Assembly: GCA_963842525.1 (NCBI GenBank)
Contig: CAWJGT010000034.1
Span: 32,001-96,000 of the forward strand
DNA from: an uncultured Holophagales bacterium
GTDB taxonomy: Bacteria; Acidobacteriota; Thermoanaerobaculia; Multivoradales; UBA5704
DNA: 64,000 nt
Direction of reading: 5' to 3'
Below the pieces are notes generated by a model. It had not been told where the DNA came from, did no database searches, and worked only from the letters and a program-made list of their open reading frames with translations. The position numbers were made by a program, and so were the translations under genes. Below, piece after piece: positions 10,559-21,044 of the stretch (position 1 is its first letter; each line of letters begins with the position of its first letter).

Positions 10559-11374
10559 TTACACCGGCACGCCGGTCGTCATGCTCAGGTAATAGCCGGT
10601 GATCTCGCCGATGAACGTGCCGACGACCACGACGTAGAGGATGCCCGTGGCAGACTGGTTCGAGCGTTGCCGCGCGCAGTGGAGCGACATGGCGGCGAGC
10701 GGCAGGACGATGGCCAGCCCCCAGAGCAGCCGGAACCAGAAGAAGATCCCCTGCCCCCCGAAGCCGGCGAGGAGGCGCAGGGGATGGGGCTCGACCAGCT
10801 CGTCCACCCCCGCGGCCACGGCCAGGCTGGCTCCCACCGCGGCGAGCCGCAGGAGCGCGGTGCCCAGCAGCACCCAGCAGAAGACCGTGAGATGCCGGAA
10901 GTTGAGCTTCGGAGCCACCAGGTACCAGTGGCCGAGAAGCATGGTAATCAGCGACCACCCGAGCAGGAGGGCCGAGGTCAGCAGGCTTGTGACCGCCAGC
11001 GCCCGCTGGTGGGGGAGCGGGGCGAGCGGCGCGATGAGGTGCGGACCCGCGGTGAGGAGAGTCCCCAGACAGCCGGCCAGCGCGAGCGTCAACGGCCAGC
11101 GGCACAGCCGCCAGCGCTCCCGCCAGATCGCGGCGTAGTAGAGGAGGCTTCCCACCAGCGCGACAGCGAGCGAAGCGGTCCCGAACGCCCGGAGGTCGCC
11201 GAACGGCCGGAATGGGTGGAGCCAGACGACTGCGACGGCGAGCGCGAGCAGGCCCAGAACCACCAGCGCGTTCATCTGGAAGTAGCCGCGCCCGAGGTCG
11301 TCTTCGGGGATCCAGTACAGGGTCGACAGCGAGCCCACGCAGAGGGCCAGGAGGAACAGCAGGAAGATACCCAT
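10559..11374 (-). CDS. Conserved polytopic membrane protein (MLLGHWYL motif)
   Basis: About 8 TM helices, ITMLLGHWYLVAPKL, and QSATGILYV...GE. Confidence 0.75.
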   Translation of the reverse strand: MGIFLLFLLALCVGSLSTLYWIPEDDLGRGYFQMNALVVLGLLALAVAVVWLHPFRPFGDLRAFGTASLAVALVGSLLYYAAIWRERWRLCRWPLTLALAGCLGTLLTAGPHLIAPLAPLPHQRALAVTSLLTSALLLGWSLITMLLGHWYLVAPKLNFRHLTVFCWVLLGTALLRLAAVGASLAVAAGVDELVEPHPLRLLAGFGGQGIFFWFRLLWGLAIVLPLAAMSLHCARQRSNQSATGILYVVVVGTFIGEITGYYLSMTTGVPV

Positions 11375-11546
11375 GGGGGGTGCAATCTTAGCAGCTCGAC
11401 CGGCGTTACGCGGGATGAGGGAAAACAAGCCTCCGCTTCGTGTTTTCCACATCATGCGAGCCCTGGAACGCAACGCGTCTTTGATCTGGACAGGGGGCGA
11501 GCAGGGTGCTAGCCTACCCGGAGTCAGCGGACGACATCTCGGCGAT

Positions 11547-12095
11547 ATGGCAACTTTGGATCATCCTGAACTGCGGGAATCGCTCAACAATCTACTGAAG
11601 ACTTCCCGTCCCAGGCTGGAACGGGTTCTCAGGAACTTCGAGGTGCCTCCGGAAGATGCAGAAGACATCCTCCAGGATGCGCAGTTGACCCTGCTGTACA
11701 AGTGGGACAAGGTGCGCAGCCCCGAGAGCTGGCTGGTCGGGACGGTCAAGAAGAAGTGCATCATGTACTGGCGCAAGCGCCGGGGCAGCCTCTGCGAGGC
11801 TGTGGACACGGCCATCCTCGACCTGCTCGCCATGCCCCAGGCGCCCGACCAGGAGAAGACCGAGCTGACCTGCGACCTGAACCGGGTGCTGTCGAAGCTG
11901 TCGTCGCGGTGCCGTTCCCTCCTGAAGCTCCGGTATGGGCTGGGATACGGCCCGACCGAAGTGGCGGAGCAGATGGGATACCAGACCTCCAGCATCCGCA
12001 AGGTCACCAACCGCTGCCTGGCAGCCCTGACCCGCCAGCTCCTGGCCGTCGGATTCCGGGGTGAGCCAGAGGAAAAGCCCGAAAAAGATGCGTGA
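11547..12095 (+). CDS. ECF-type sigma-70 factor (copy 1)
   Basis: Region 2 (PEDAEDILQD...ESWLVGTVKKKC) and region 4 HTH (LSSRCRSLLKLRYGLGYGPTEVAEQMGY). Confidence 0.9.
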   Translation: MATLDHPELRESLNNLLKTSRPRLERVLRNFEVPPEDAEDILQDAQLTLLYKWDKVRSPESWLVGTVKKKCIMYWRKRRGSLCEAVDTAILDLLAMPQAPDQEKTELTCDLNRVLSKLSSRCRSLLKLRYGLGYGPTEVAEQMGYQTSSIRKVTNRCLAALTRQLLAVGFRGEPEEKPEKDA

Positions 12096-13434
12096 GCCGC
12101 ACCCGATGCACCCGATGCACCCGAAGACCGCCAAGCTGCTCGAGCTCGGCCAGGGGCGTGTATCGCGCCGCCAGGCCCGCAGGATCGTGCGCCACCTCCT
12201 CGCCGGCTGCGAAGCCTGCAGCGAATTCCTCGCCCGCATCCTGCCGGTCTCCAATCCTGCCGGAACCGATTATGCCCAGGCTTTCGAAGCCGCGCAGCGC
12301 AACGTTTCGGCGCGGGCCGCAGCGATGGCCGCGGAGCGCGCCGAAGCCCGCGAGCTGCTGCGCGAGCTCGCCGTCCAGCCGCTCTACCGCCAGCGGATCC
12401 TGGTGACCGATCAGCCACGGTTCCAGACCTGGGGGCTGTGCGAGCTGCTCCTGGAGGCCTCCCGCGAGTGGGGATTCCAGGACCCCGGCCGCGCCCTGGA
12501 GACGGCCCGTCTCGGGACCAAGCTGGCCGACCGGCTCGACCACGAGACCTATGGCGAGGCCCGGGTGAACGACATGCGCGCTCGCGCCGGGGCCATCCTG
12601 GCCAATGGCGAGCGGATCCTCTGCGACTTCCGGGCGGCGGAGAAGAGCTTCGCGAAGGCCGAGGGCCTGCTGAAGAGTGGCACGGGCGACCCCTTGGAGC
12701 GCGCCGGCCTGCTCCTCCTCAAGGCCTCCCTGTACGGCCATCGGCATCGCTTCAAGGAGGCCTTCCGCCTGCTGGACCGCGTGGTCCTCACCGCCCGCCG
12801 CTGCAACGATCTCCACCTGTGCGGCAAGGCCCTGATCACCAAGGGCTTCCTCGCCGGGATGGATCACGAGCCCGAGCTGTCCATCCGGCTCCTGCAGGAG
12901 GGCGCTCCGCTCGTTGATCCGGCGCTGGAGCCGCGGCTCCTGGTCGCCGCCTACCACAACCTCATCCTGGGGCTCAACGAAGCGGGCCGGCCGCAGGATG
13001 CGGGCGGCCTGCTGGAGCAGACGCGCGCTCTGTACGTCCACGTCGGGGACCGCATGAACCTGATCCGGCTCGGCTGGCTGGAGGGCAAGATCGCCCTGGC
13101 GCTCGGCCGCCTCGAAGAGGCGGAGACGCTGTTCCTGGCAACCCGCCGCGAGCTGATCGACCGCGAGCTCGCCTACGACACGGCGCTGCTCTCGCTCGAC
13201 CAGGCGCAGGTCTACGCCCGGCAGCAACGCTGGCCCGAGATGCGGCGCCTCGCCGAAGAGATGCTCCCGATCTTCCAGTCGCGCCAGATCCAGCGCGAGG
13301 TCGTCTCGACCCTCATCGTCTTTCAGCGGGCGGTGGCCCTGGAGAGGGTCACCGTGGGGATGCTCCAGGAGCTGGCCGAGTACCTCGAAGAGAGCCGTAC
13401 CACCCCCGGGCTGCAGCCCCGGGATCCGTTCTGA
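12088..13434 (+). CDS. TPR-rich protein with N-terminal H-x4-C-x2-C (ZAS-like) motif, putative anti-sigma/sensor (copy 1)
   Basis: Start overlaps the sigma stop (ATGCGTGA). RHLLAGCEAC, then helical TPR-like repeats (AAYHNLILGL, LGWLEGKIALALGRLEEAE). No TM segment. Confidence 0.8.
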   Translation: MREPHPMHPMHPKTAKLLELGQGRVSRRQARRIVRHLLAGCEACSEFLARILPVSNPAGTDYAQAFEAAQRNVSARAAAMAAERAEARELLRELAVQPLYRQRILVTDQPRFQTWGLCELLLEASREWGFQDPGRALETARLGTKLADRLDHETYGEARVNDMRARAGAILANGERILCDFRAAEKSFAKAEGLLKSGTGDPLERAGLLLLKASLYGHRHRFKEAFRLLDRVVLTARRCNDLHLCGKALITKGFLAGMDHEPELSIRLLQEGAPLVDPALEPRLLVAAYHNLILGLNEAGRPQDAGGLLEQTRALYVHVGDRMNLIRLGWLEGKIALALGRLEEAETLFLATRRELIDRELAYDTALLSLDQAQVYARQQRWPEMRRLAEEMLPIFQSRQIQREVVSTLIVFQRAVALERVTVGMLQELAEYLEESRTTPGLQPRDPF

Positions 13435-13640
13435 CGGGCGATCCCCGCCGCCCTCCGCAGTCCGCAGTCTTCCACGGGCGAGGGTGATCCCCCGCCCTTC
13501 CCTTGATCTCACGGCGCGAGCGTCCGCGCAAAAATCCTTGTCTCTGGCTCTTCAGCAGCGGCAACCTTACCTTGGAGCCAGTGTGCTCAACCGCCCCGCG
13601 GTCCGCCACCGCGGAAGGCAGCTTGAAAAGGAGAAGCTTC

Positions 13641-13853
13641 ATGTCCCAGCCCTCAGCTCGCCGGTTTGCCGCGGTGCTCTCCCTCGCCGCCGCCCTCTTC
13701 TTCCTTCCGGTGTCGGATTCGCAGGCCGCGCAACGCCGGCCGCGTGGAGAGTCCGACGTTCTGGACCGCGTCGAGATCCGGGTCCACTCGCTCTGGCGCT
13801 CGATCGTCAGCGTCTGGCAGATGGTCGGTGTCCGGATCGACGACAACGGGTAG
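13641..13853 (+). CDS. Small secreted peptide precursor (70 aa) ending in GVRIDDNG
   Basis: RBS AAGGAG. Sec-type signal (RRFAAVLSLAAALFFLPVSDSQA|A), Trp-containing amphipathic helix, and a polar C-terminal motif. Confidence 0.75.
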   Translation: MSQPSARRFAAVLSLAAALFFLPVSDSQAAQRRPRGESDVLDRVEIRVHSLWRSIVSVWQMVGVRIDDNG

Positions 13854-13963
13854 GGCAGGGTCCAGGGCGTAAGGCTCTCTGAAATCCCCGAGGAGGGGCA
13901 GGTGCTGGACTTGGGTCCAGAAGGGTGGTAGTGTGTCAGCCGCTGAAGATCCTCCCTCGGAAG

Positions 13964-14503
13964 ATGAGCGCACTGGATCACTCTCAGGTCGAAGCCTCGC
14001 TCGAAGGTTTTCTGAGGAACGTTCGCCCCCGCTTGAAATCGCTGTTCCAGCGCTACAGCATCCCGCCCCAGGACACGGAGGACATCCTCCAGCAGGCCCT
14101 GCTGGCCTTCCTCTACCAGCGCCGGAGCATCCGGGATCCCGAGGCCTGGCTCCTCGGAACCGTGAGGAACAAGTGCCTTCTGTTCTGGAGGAGCCACCGG
14201 CGGCAGCTCTACCAGACCGTGGATGCGGCCGTGCTCGAGTGCATGGCCGCCCCTCTGCCGCCGGAGCAGGAGACCTCGGACCTGCGCCGCGATCTGGCGA
14301 GCGCCCTCGAGGCATTGCCGGAGCGTTGCCGTTCCCTCCTCTGGCTGCGCTACAACTATGGCTACGAGCCGCCCGAAGTTGCCGATCGCCTCGGTTATAG
14401 TCCAAGCAGCATCAGCAAGGTCACCCAGAGATGTCTCGCCGCCCTGACACGACGTCTGGTGCTCAGGGGTGTTCTACGACGCGGGAAGATGGACCCCACA
14501 TGA
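13964..14503 (+). CDS. ECF-type sigma-70 factor (copy 2)
   Basis: Paralog of copy 1: PPQDTEDILQQ...EAWLLGTVRNKC and LPERCRSLLWLRYNYGYEPPEVADRLGY...VTQRCLAALTR. Confidence 0.9.
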   Translation: MSALDHSQVEASLEGFLRNVRPRLKSLFQRYSIPPQDTEDILQQALLAFLYQRRSIRDPEAWLLGTVRNKCLLFWRSHRRQLYQTVDAAVLECMAAPLPPEQETSDLRRDLASALEALPERCRSLLWLRYNYGYEPPEVADRLGYSPSSISKVTQRCLAALTRRLVLRGVLRRGKMDPT

Positions 14504-15870
14504 CACAAGACCATCCGACACAGGAAGTCTTGGAAAGCTTCGTCCACGGCCGGCTTTCGCCTGTCGAGATGAAGCGGGTGTCTTGTCACCTCCTGTCCGG
14601 TTGCACCTACTGCCGGTCGAACGCGTCTCGGTTCTGGGAAGCTGAAGAAGGGGGACGCCGGATACGCGGGAGACCTTCCCGAAGCGAGGGAAGAGCGCGA
14701 CGGCTATGACGAGGTCTTCGATCGCGTCTTCCAGAAGGTGTCCCTCCGGGAGAGCGATCTGAGCCGGGAGCGAGCAGCGGCGCGGCATCTCTACGACGAG
14801 CTCATGCAGCATCCCGTCCCTCGCCAGCATCTCCTCGTCGCCAACAGCACCCGTTTCCGCAACCCGTCGCTCTGCGAGCTCCTGATCGAGGAGAGCCATG
14901 ATGCCGGGTTTCAGGACCCGTCCCGGGCTTTCGAGCTGGCCCGTCTCGGCACTGCGGTCGCCGAGCTGCTGACCAGAGAGACCTGCGGCGGGCTCGGAGT
15001 CTTGAACAGTCTCCGGTGCCGGGTCTGGGCCCAACTGGGTAATGCGCTCCGGATCCAGGGCAAACTCGCCGCGGCGGAAAACGCCTTCGCGACAGTCCAG
15101 GAGTGGATCGAAGAGGAGGAGGTCGACACTCTCGGCACCGCGCGCGTGCTCGACCTCAAGGCCTCCTTGCGCAGAGATCAGAGACGCTTCGCCGAGGCGG
15201 GTGCAGCCTGGATCGGGTCATCTCCATCTATCAGGGTCTCGGGCAATGGAGCCTGCTCGGGCGTACCCTGAAGCAAAAGTCGATGGTCTGTGGTGAGACC
15301 GGGGACCTGGAAGAGGAGATGACGCTCTTGCGGCGAGCTCTCGAGATGCTCGATCCGGAGGAGGAGCCACGGACCTTCCTGGCAGCCCGCCACAACCTCA
15401 TCGTCTCGCTGAACGAGGCCGGCCGCTCCCGCGAAGCCTATGCGCTCCTCTTTCACACCCGCCCCCTCTATCTGAAGATGGGGGACAAGATGACCCTGCT
15501 CCGCCTGCGCTGGCTCGAAGGCGATGTTGCGAGCGGCCTCGGCCGGGTCGAGCAGGCCGAGGTGGCGTTCCGCGAGGTTCGCAAAGCTTTCCTTGACCTC
15601 GGTCTCGATTACGATGCCGCCGTCGCCTCGCTCGACCTCGCAGAGGCTTACGTCCTGCAGGGCAAGACGGCCGAGGTCCGATGTCTGGCGGAGGAGATGC
15701 TCGACGTCTTCCAGGCCCGCGACATCCATCGCGAAGCCTTGGGGGCCCTCGCTGTCTTCTGTGCCGCGGCCCAGATGGAAAACGCAGGGGTCGGCCTGAT
15801 CCAGGAGGTCTCCAGCTTCCTGAAGCGGGTGCGGAACAATCCGGACCTTCACTTCACACCGCCCTCATGA
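14500..15870 (+). CDS. ZAS-like/TPR protein (copy 2), two apparent frameshifts (~14655, ~15205)
   Basis: ATGA overlap with the sigma. HLLSGCTYC, then LCELLIEES, AARHNLIVSL and LRWLEGDVASGLGR, collinear with copy 1 across ORFs 14431, 14738 and 15103. Confidence 0.78.
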
Positions 15871-15903
15871 ACCGGTGGTCGCCGGATTGCATGACAAGGC
15901 GGC

Positions 15904-17149
15904 ATGGCGGATGCTCCCAAGCTCCTGGTCCTCGGATGCGGTTTCGGCGGTTACTCCCTGCTGGCGAACCTGAAGCGCAGGCACTGGAGCATCACCCTCC
16001 TCAGCCCGCGGAACTACTTCCTCTTCACCCCTCTGCTCCCTTCAGCCGTCAGCGGCAGCGTCGAGTTTCGCAGCATCCTGGAACCGGTCCGTCGCCGGCT
16101 CCGCGACGTCCGCCTGATCGAGGGGTACGCCGAGTCGGTGGACTGGGAGACCCGGACCGTCTCCTGCTCGGCCGCCGTCGGAGAAGAACGGTTCAGCCTG
16201 CCGTATGACGTCCTGGTCCTCGCCGTCGGCGCGGCGGTGGGGGACTACGGAGTGCCGGGCGTCGCCGAGCACGCCCTGAAGCTCGCCAGCGTGGAAGACG
16301 CCCAGGCGATCCGGCGGAGGATCCTGGAGCAGATCGCCAGAGCGGAGGTCCCGGCCCTCACCCCGGAGCAGATCCGCGAGCGTCTCACCTTCGTCGTCTG
16401 CGGCGGGGGGCCCACCGGCGTCGAGGCGGCGGCGGAGATCCACGACCTGCTGGACGAGGAGCTGCACCTCCAGCTTCCCCGAGCTCGCCCCGCAGGCCCG
16501 GGTGGTCCTCGTCGAAGCGCTCGAGCGCCTCCTCACCAGCTTCGACGAGGCGCTGGCGCAGTACACCCTGCGTCATTTCGCCCGCGAAGGGATCGAGGTG
16601 CGCACGCGGACCAAGGTGACGGCGATCGAGCCCGGCGCCGTCGTCCTGGAGGATGGAGAGCGCATCCGCTGTGGCCTGGTCCTCTGGGCGGGGGGCAACG
16701 CGCCCGTGCCGTTCCTCCGCGCCCTTGATGGCGTGGAGCTCGACCGCCGCGGCCGGCTGCGGATCGACGACCATCTCCGCATCCCGGGCCGGCTCGACGT
16801 CTATGCTCTCGGCGACTGTGCGGCGGTGGGGGAGCCGCCGCTGCCGGCCACGGCCCAGGTGGCGCAGCAGCAGGGGAAGTACCTCGCCCGCGCCCTCGGT
16901 CATCGGCGCGAGGGACGCGAGGGGCGGCCTGTCGCGCCGTTCCGATTCAAGGCCTCCGGCATGCTGGCCTACATCGGCGGCGGCCAGGCGCTGGCGGATC
17001 TGCCACAGGTCAAATGGAGCGGCCGGGCCGCCTGGCTCTTCTGGCGCTCCGTCTACCTCACCAAGCTGGTCAGCCCGGCCAACAAGATCAAGGTCCTCTT
17101 CGACTGGATGAAGGCGAGGCTCTTCGGCCGCGACATCAGCAGGTTCTGA
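15904..17149 (+). CDS. ndh: Type II NADH:quinone oxidoreductase (frameshift near 16470)
   Basis: GCGFGG, FLFTPLLP, GGGPTGVE, YALGDCA, PATAQVAQQQG, and C-terminal LFGRDISRF. Confidence 0.9.
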
Positions 17150-17155
17150 GATCGC

Positions 17156-19570
17156 TCACGTCTTGACGCCGAGGAAGAGATAGCCGGCGAGGATCGCGAA
17201 GACCGTGCCGGGGCTCCACACCGCGACGGCGGGGGGCAGAGCCCCGGTCTCGCCGAGGGTCGTGAAGAAGGCGTAGACGCCCAGGAACACCATCCCCAAA
17301 ACAACCGAGACGCCGATCCCGTAGAGCGCTCCCTGCCGGCCGAGGCGGAAGGCGAAGGGGAGGCCCACCAGGGCCATGATCAGCGAGACGACGGGAAAGG
17401 CGATCTTGTTGTAGAGCTGCACCTTGAGCTCGGGCACCGGCTGGCCGCTTCCTTCGAGCTCCTGGATGTACTCCCTGAGCTCGCCATAGCGCATCTGCTC
17501 CGGTGGCCGGATCTCGGAGTCGAAGTAGTCCGGCGTCTCCGGATAGCGGACGATCTTCGGCGTCTCGAAGCGCTGGTAGTCCGTCATTTCGACGCCGTCG
17601 ACCGTGCGGGCCCAGCCGTTGGAGAACACCCAGGCATCCCCGATGTACTGCGCTGTCTCGGCAAAGAGCCGGCGGGTCAGACGGTGGCTCGCGTCGAAGT
17701 CGAACACCTGCAGGCGCTGCAGCGTTTGCTGCTTGCGGGTCGTAGTGGATGTAGTTGTAGATGTAGCGCCCCTGCCCGAACAGCCATTGCCGGTCCGCCC
17801 GCCGGTACGTCCGCACCGTCTCCTTGCCGCGGATGCGGTCCTTGAGCTGCGCCACCTTCTCATTGGACGCGGGGAGCACCTTGGTCTCCAGATAGGTGCA
17901 GAAAAGCGACACCAGGAGCGCCGCGGCAAGAGCGGGGACCGCCAGCCGGTAGAGGCTCACTCCCAGCGCCTTGGCGGCGGTGATCTCGTTGGTGCGGGAA
18001 AGGAGGCTGAAGGTCATCAGAGTTGTCACCAGCACCACGACCGGCGCGATCTCGTAGAACATCTGGAGCGAGCCGTACTTGTAGTAGTTGAGGACCAGGA
18101 GCTTGGGCACCTTGTTCTTGAAGATCTCGTCGATCGTCTCGCCCAGGTCGAAGATGATGAAGAGCGAGACGCCCGAAAGCACCACCAGCAGGAAGACCAG
18201 CGAGAACAGGCGCACGACATAGCGGTCCAGCAGGTTGGGGAAGGCGAGGCGCACGCGGGCGATCGGCCGCGGGATGCGGAAGACGAGCTCCTCCGGCGCG
18301 AAGCCCGGGCCTCCCGGGATCGCTGCCGCTCCTCCCGCCGCGCCACGCGCTCGCGGATCCGCTCGCGCCGCTTCTCCCGGCGCATCCCCCGGAGCACCAG
18401 GAGGCCGCCCCAGACGTCCTCCCGCACCCAGCGGTCCAGCCGGCTCATCAGGAGGCTCTTGTCACGATTGCGGCGGATCAGCAGGAAGACGCCGGCGACG
18501 GCAGAGGACAGGTTGGGCGAGCCACATGCCCAGCCAGCCCGGAACGCGGCCGAAGCGCGCCGCCTCCTCGCCGTTGTTGAGCAGCAGGTAGTAGACGATG
18601 AGCACGCCGATCGAAAGGGCGAACCCCGAGGTCTTGCCACCGCGCTTGTTGTTGATCCCGAGGGGCAGGGCGAACAGGCCGAAGACCATGCAGGCGACCG
18701 GGATCGAGAACTTCTTGTGGATCTCGACCTCGGCCAGGTTGCGCTGCTCGTCCGAGGCGGTCGGGTCGTGCTGGAGCTCGCGCAGCTCCTTGAGCGTCAG
18801 CTCCCGGACGCCTTTCGAGACCGAGATCTTGGCCTTCTGCTCGCTGGTGAACTGGTCCTCCAGGACAAGGTCGAGCTCGCGGTGCCGGCTGATCTCGTAG
18901 CGGTCCGGGGCGTTCAGGTCCACCTTGTGGCGGGCGGCGTTGAACAGCCGGAGGACAACCTTCTCGCCGGTCGGGTCGACGAGCACCTCACCCCAGTCGG
19001 CGATGGTGACCTGGCTGGTCGGCTCGCGGACTCGGCGAGGAAGACCCCCTTCCAGCGCTTCTCGCCCGGCGGCACCTCGAAGACGTAGACCACCTTGCCC
19101 TCCCATTCCTCGTAGAAGACCCGCGGCTGCGACCTGCTGCGAGACTGCTCTGGGTGAGGATCTCGAGCCGGAGCTGCTGGAGGGACTGGTTGCCCCACGG
19201 CAGCGCGTAGACCATCAGCACGATGTTGAGCAGCCGTGAAGAGGGCCGAAAGCAGCAGGATGGGGCGGTAGAGGGTGAGGAGGCTGATGCCGCTGGCCCG
19301 CATGGCAATCAGCTCGCTGTCGGACGACAGCCGGCCCACGGCGATCAGGATGCCGAACAGGAGCGACATCGGCAGCGTGAGGACGACGATGTTCGGCAGG
19401 GTCAGCACCAGCAGCTCGCCGACGATCGAGGCCGGCAGCCCGCGGCGGATGATCATCTCCGCGGACTGGAACAGGAACCGGAGGAGCAGGAGGAAGGTAT
19501 AGACTAGGAACCCGAGCCCGAGCGGGCCCAGGATCTCCGTGAGGATGTAGCGATCGAGACGCTTCAGCAC
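17156..19570 (-). CDS. lptFG: Fused LptF-LptG LPS export permease (multiple frameshifts)
   Basis: LDRYILTE...GRLSSDSELIAMRASGISL (LptF) and EIHKKFSIP, then a second LLDRYVVR...LSRTNEITAAKALGVSL (LptG), with no clear separate start. Confidence 0.82.
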
Positions 19571-19581
19571 GGCGCCATTCT

Positions 19582-20032
19582 ATGGACCCGCACGGCTCGT
19601 CACAACCTCGCCGCCTCCGCCTTCAGCGCCGCTATCGTTTCAGCGCCAGCCATCTCTACCGGCGTCCCGAGTGGTCGGAGGAGGAGAACCGCCGGCGGTT
19701 CGGCAAGTGCGCCAACCTGCCGGGGCACGGCCACAACTACCGTCTGTGGGTCACCGTCGAGGGGACCGTCGATCCCGCGACCGGTTTCGTCGTGGACCTG
19801 GGAGCCCTGGACGCCCTCGTCCCGGAGCGCGTGATCGAGCGCCTCGACCACCAGCATCTGAATTCCGCGCTGCCCGAGATTCGGAGAAGGGCAGTCGATC
19901 CCCTCCAGCGAGAACCTCGTCCGCTGGATCCACGGTCAGCTCGACGGCCATCTGCCGAACGGCGCCGACCTCGCCGGCCTCCGTCTGGAAGAGGACGAGG
20001 ATCTGGGCGCCGAGTGGCAGAGATCCTTCTGA
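19582..20032 (+). CDS. queD: 6-carboxytetrahydropterin synthase (QueD/PTPS), frameshifted
   Basis: FSASHLY...FGKCANLPGHGHNY...LDHQHLN, then PSSENL in the shifted frame. Confidence 0.85.
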
Positions 20033-20075
20033 CGGACGAACCGATGTACGCCGCGGGAACGCGCACACGGAGGCG

Positions 20076-20103
20076 CGTTAACATAATGTGTCTTATGAGA
20101 CTG
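20076..20103 (-). other. dif: dif-like XerC/XerD recombination site
   Basis: The minus strand reads CAGTCTCATAA-GACACA-TTATGTTAACG versus E. coli dif GGTGCGCATAA-TGTATA-TTATGTTAAAT (XerD arm 9/11, CATAA-N6-TTATG core intact). It is an AT-rich island between convergent queD and parB. Confidence 0.8.
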
Positions 20104-20160
20104 GACGCACGGACGCTGATCTCGCGGGGAAGATCGCCCGAGGACAGCCAGGATGGCTAC

Positions 20161-21044
20161 CTACGTGTGCGCGGTGCGCAGGTCGGCCAGGATCTGCTCC
20201 AGGGCGCGGATCAGATCGTCGCTTGTCGACCTCGCTCTGGCGGAACGCCAGGGACAGACTGTAGCTCCGGTCCGGCGACTTGAACCGGAACACATAGGGC
20301 TTGCGGCGGCCGGGCTTGCCTCCTTGTCGACCCGCCGCAGGCGCTGGCGCAGGTCGTCGCGGTTGAGGCCGCGGCGGGCCACCTCTTCGAGCAGCTCGAT
20401 CATCTCCGGCTCGTTGCCGGCCTTGAGCACCTCCAGCAGCAGCGACTTCGAGGTGATCCCCAGGGCCTGCACCGTGTCGCGGACCCGGGGCGGCATCTGC
20501 AACAGCGAAAGGCTCTCGGTGATCACCGTCCGGGACTTGCCGACCGCCGACGCGATCTCCTCGTGGGTGTAGCTGTGGTTCTCGGCCAGCATCCGGTAGC
20601 CTTCTGCCTCTTCGAAGGGCGTCAGATCCTTCCGCTGCAGGTTCTCGATCAGGGCGATCTCGAGAGCTTCCTGCTCTGAGACGTCCATCTCGATGACCGG
20701 CACCTCGTAGAGCCCGGCCTCCTGCGCGGCCCGGTAGCGGCGCTCGCCGGAGATGATCCGGTACAGGACGCCGGCCGGCCCGGCCGGCCCGTCCTCGATC
20801 GGCCTCCGGACGGGGCCGGACCAGGATCGGCTCCAGCACCCCCTTGTCCCGGATCGAGGCCACCAGCTCGTCGAGGTCTCCCATGGTCGAGCGCGGCTGG
20901 TTCGGGTCGGGCTCGATGGTCGACAGCGGGATCATCTTCCCCACCGGCGTTTCGTGGCGGGCGGTGAGCTCCTCGACGAAGTGGGTGTCGTGGCGCATCT
21001 TCACGCGCATGGGGCAGACCGCGCTTGCGGGCAGGCTCAGACAC
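20161..21044 (-). CDS. parB: ParB/Spo0J-family protein (divergent paralog, frameshifted)
   Basis: PNQPR, GVLEPILVRP, GERRYRAA (in the shifted frame), ALIENLQRKDLTPFEEA, and HTH THEEIASAVGKSRTVITESL. Confidence 0.88.

Noticed and set aside
12100-12123. CACCCGATG x2.7 microrepeat (HPMHPMHP) as a phase-variation tract
   Set aside because: The unit is an in-frame 9-mer with few copies, so it cannot switch the frame.
8790-16500. Programmed frameshifting in mlaD, TPR copy 2 or ndh
   Set aside because: No consistent slippery sites were seen, and the same indel pattern affects many unrelated genes, so sequencing error is more likely.
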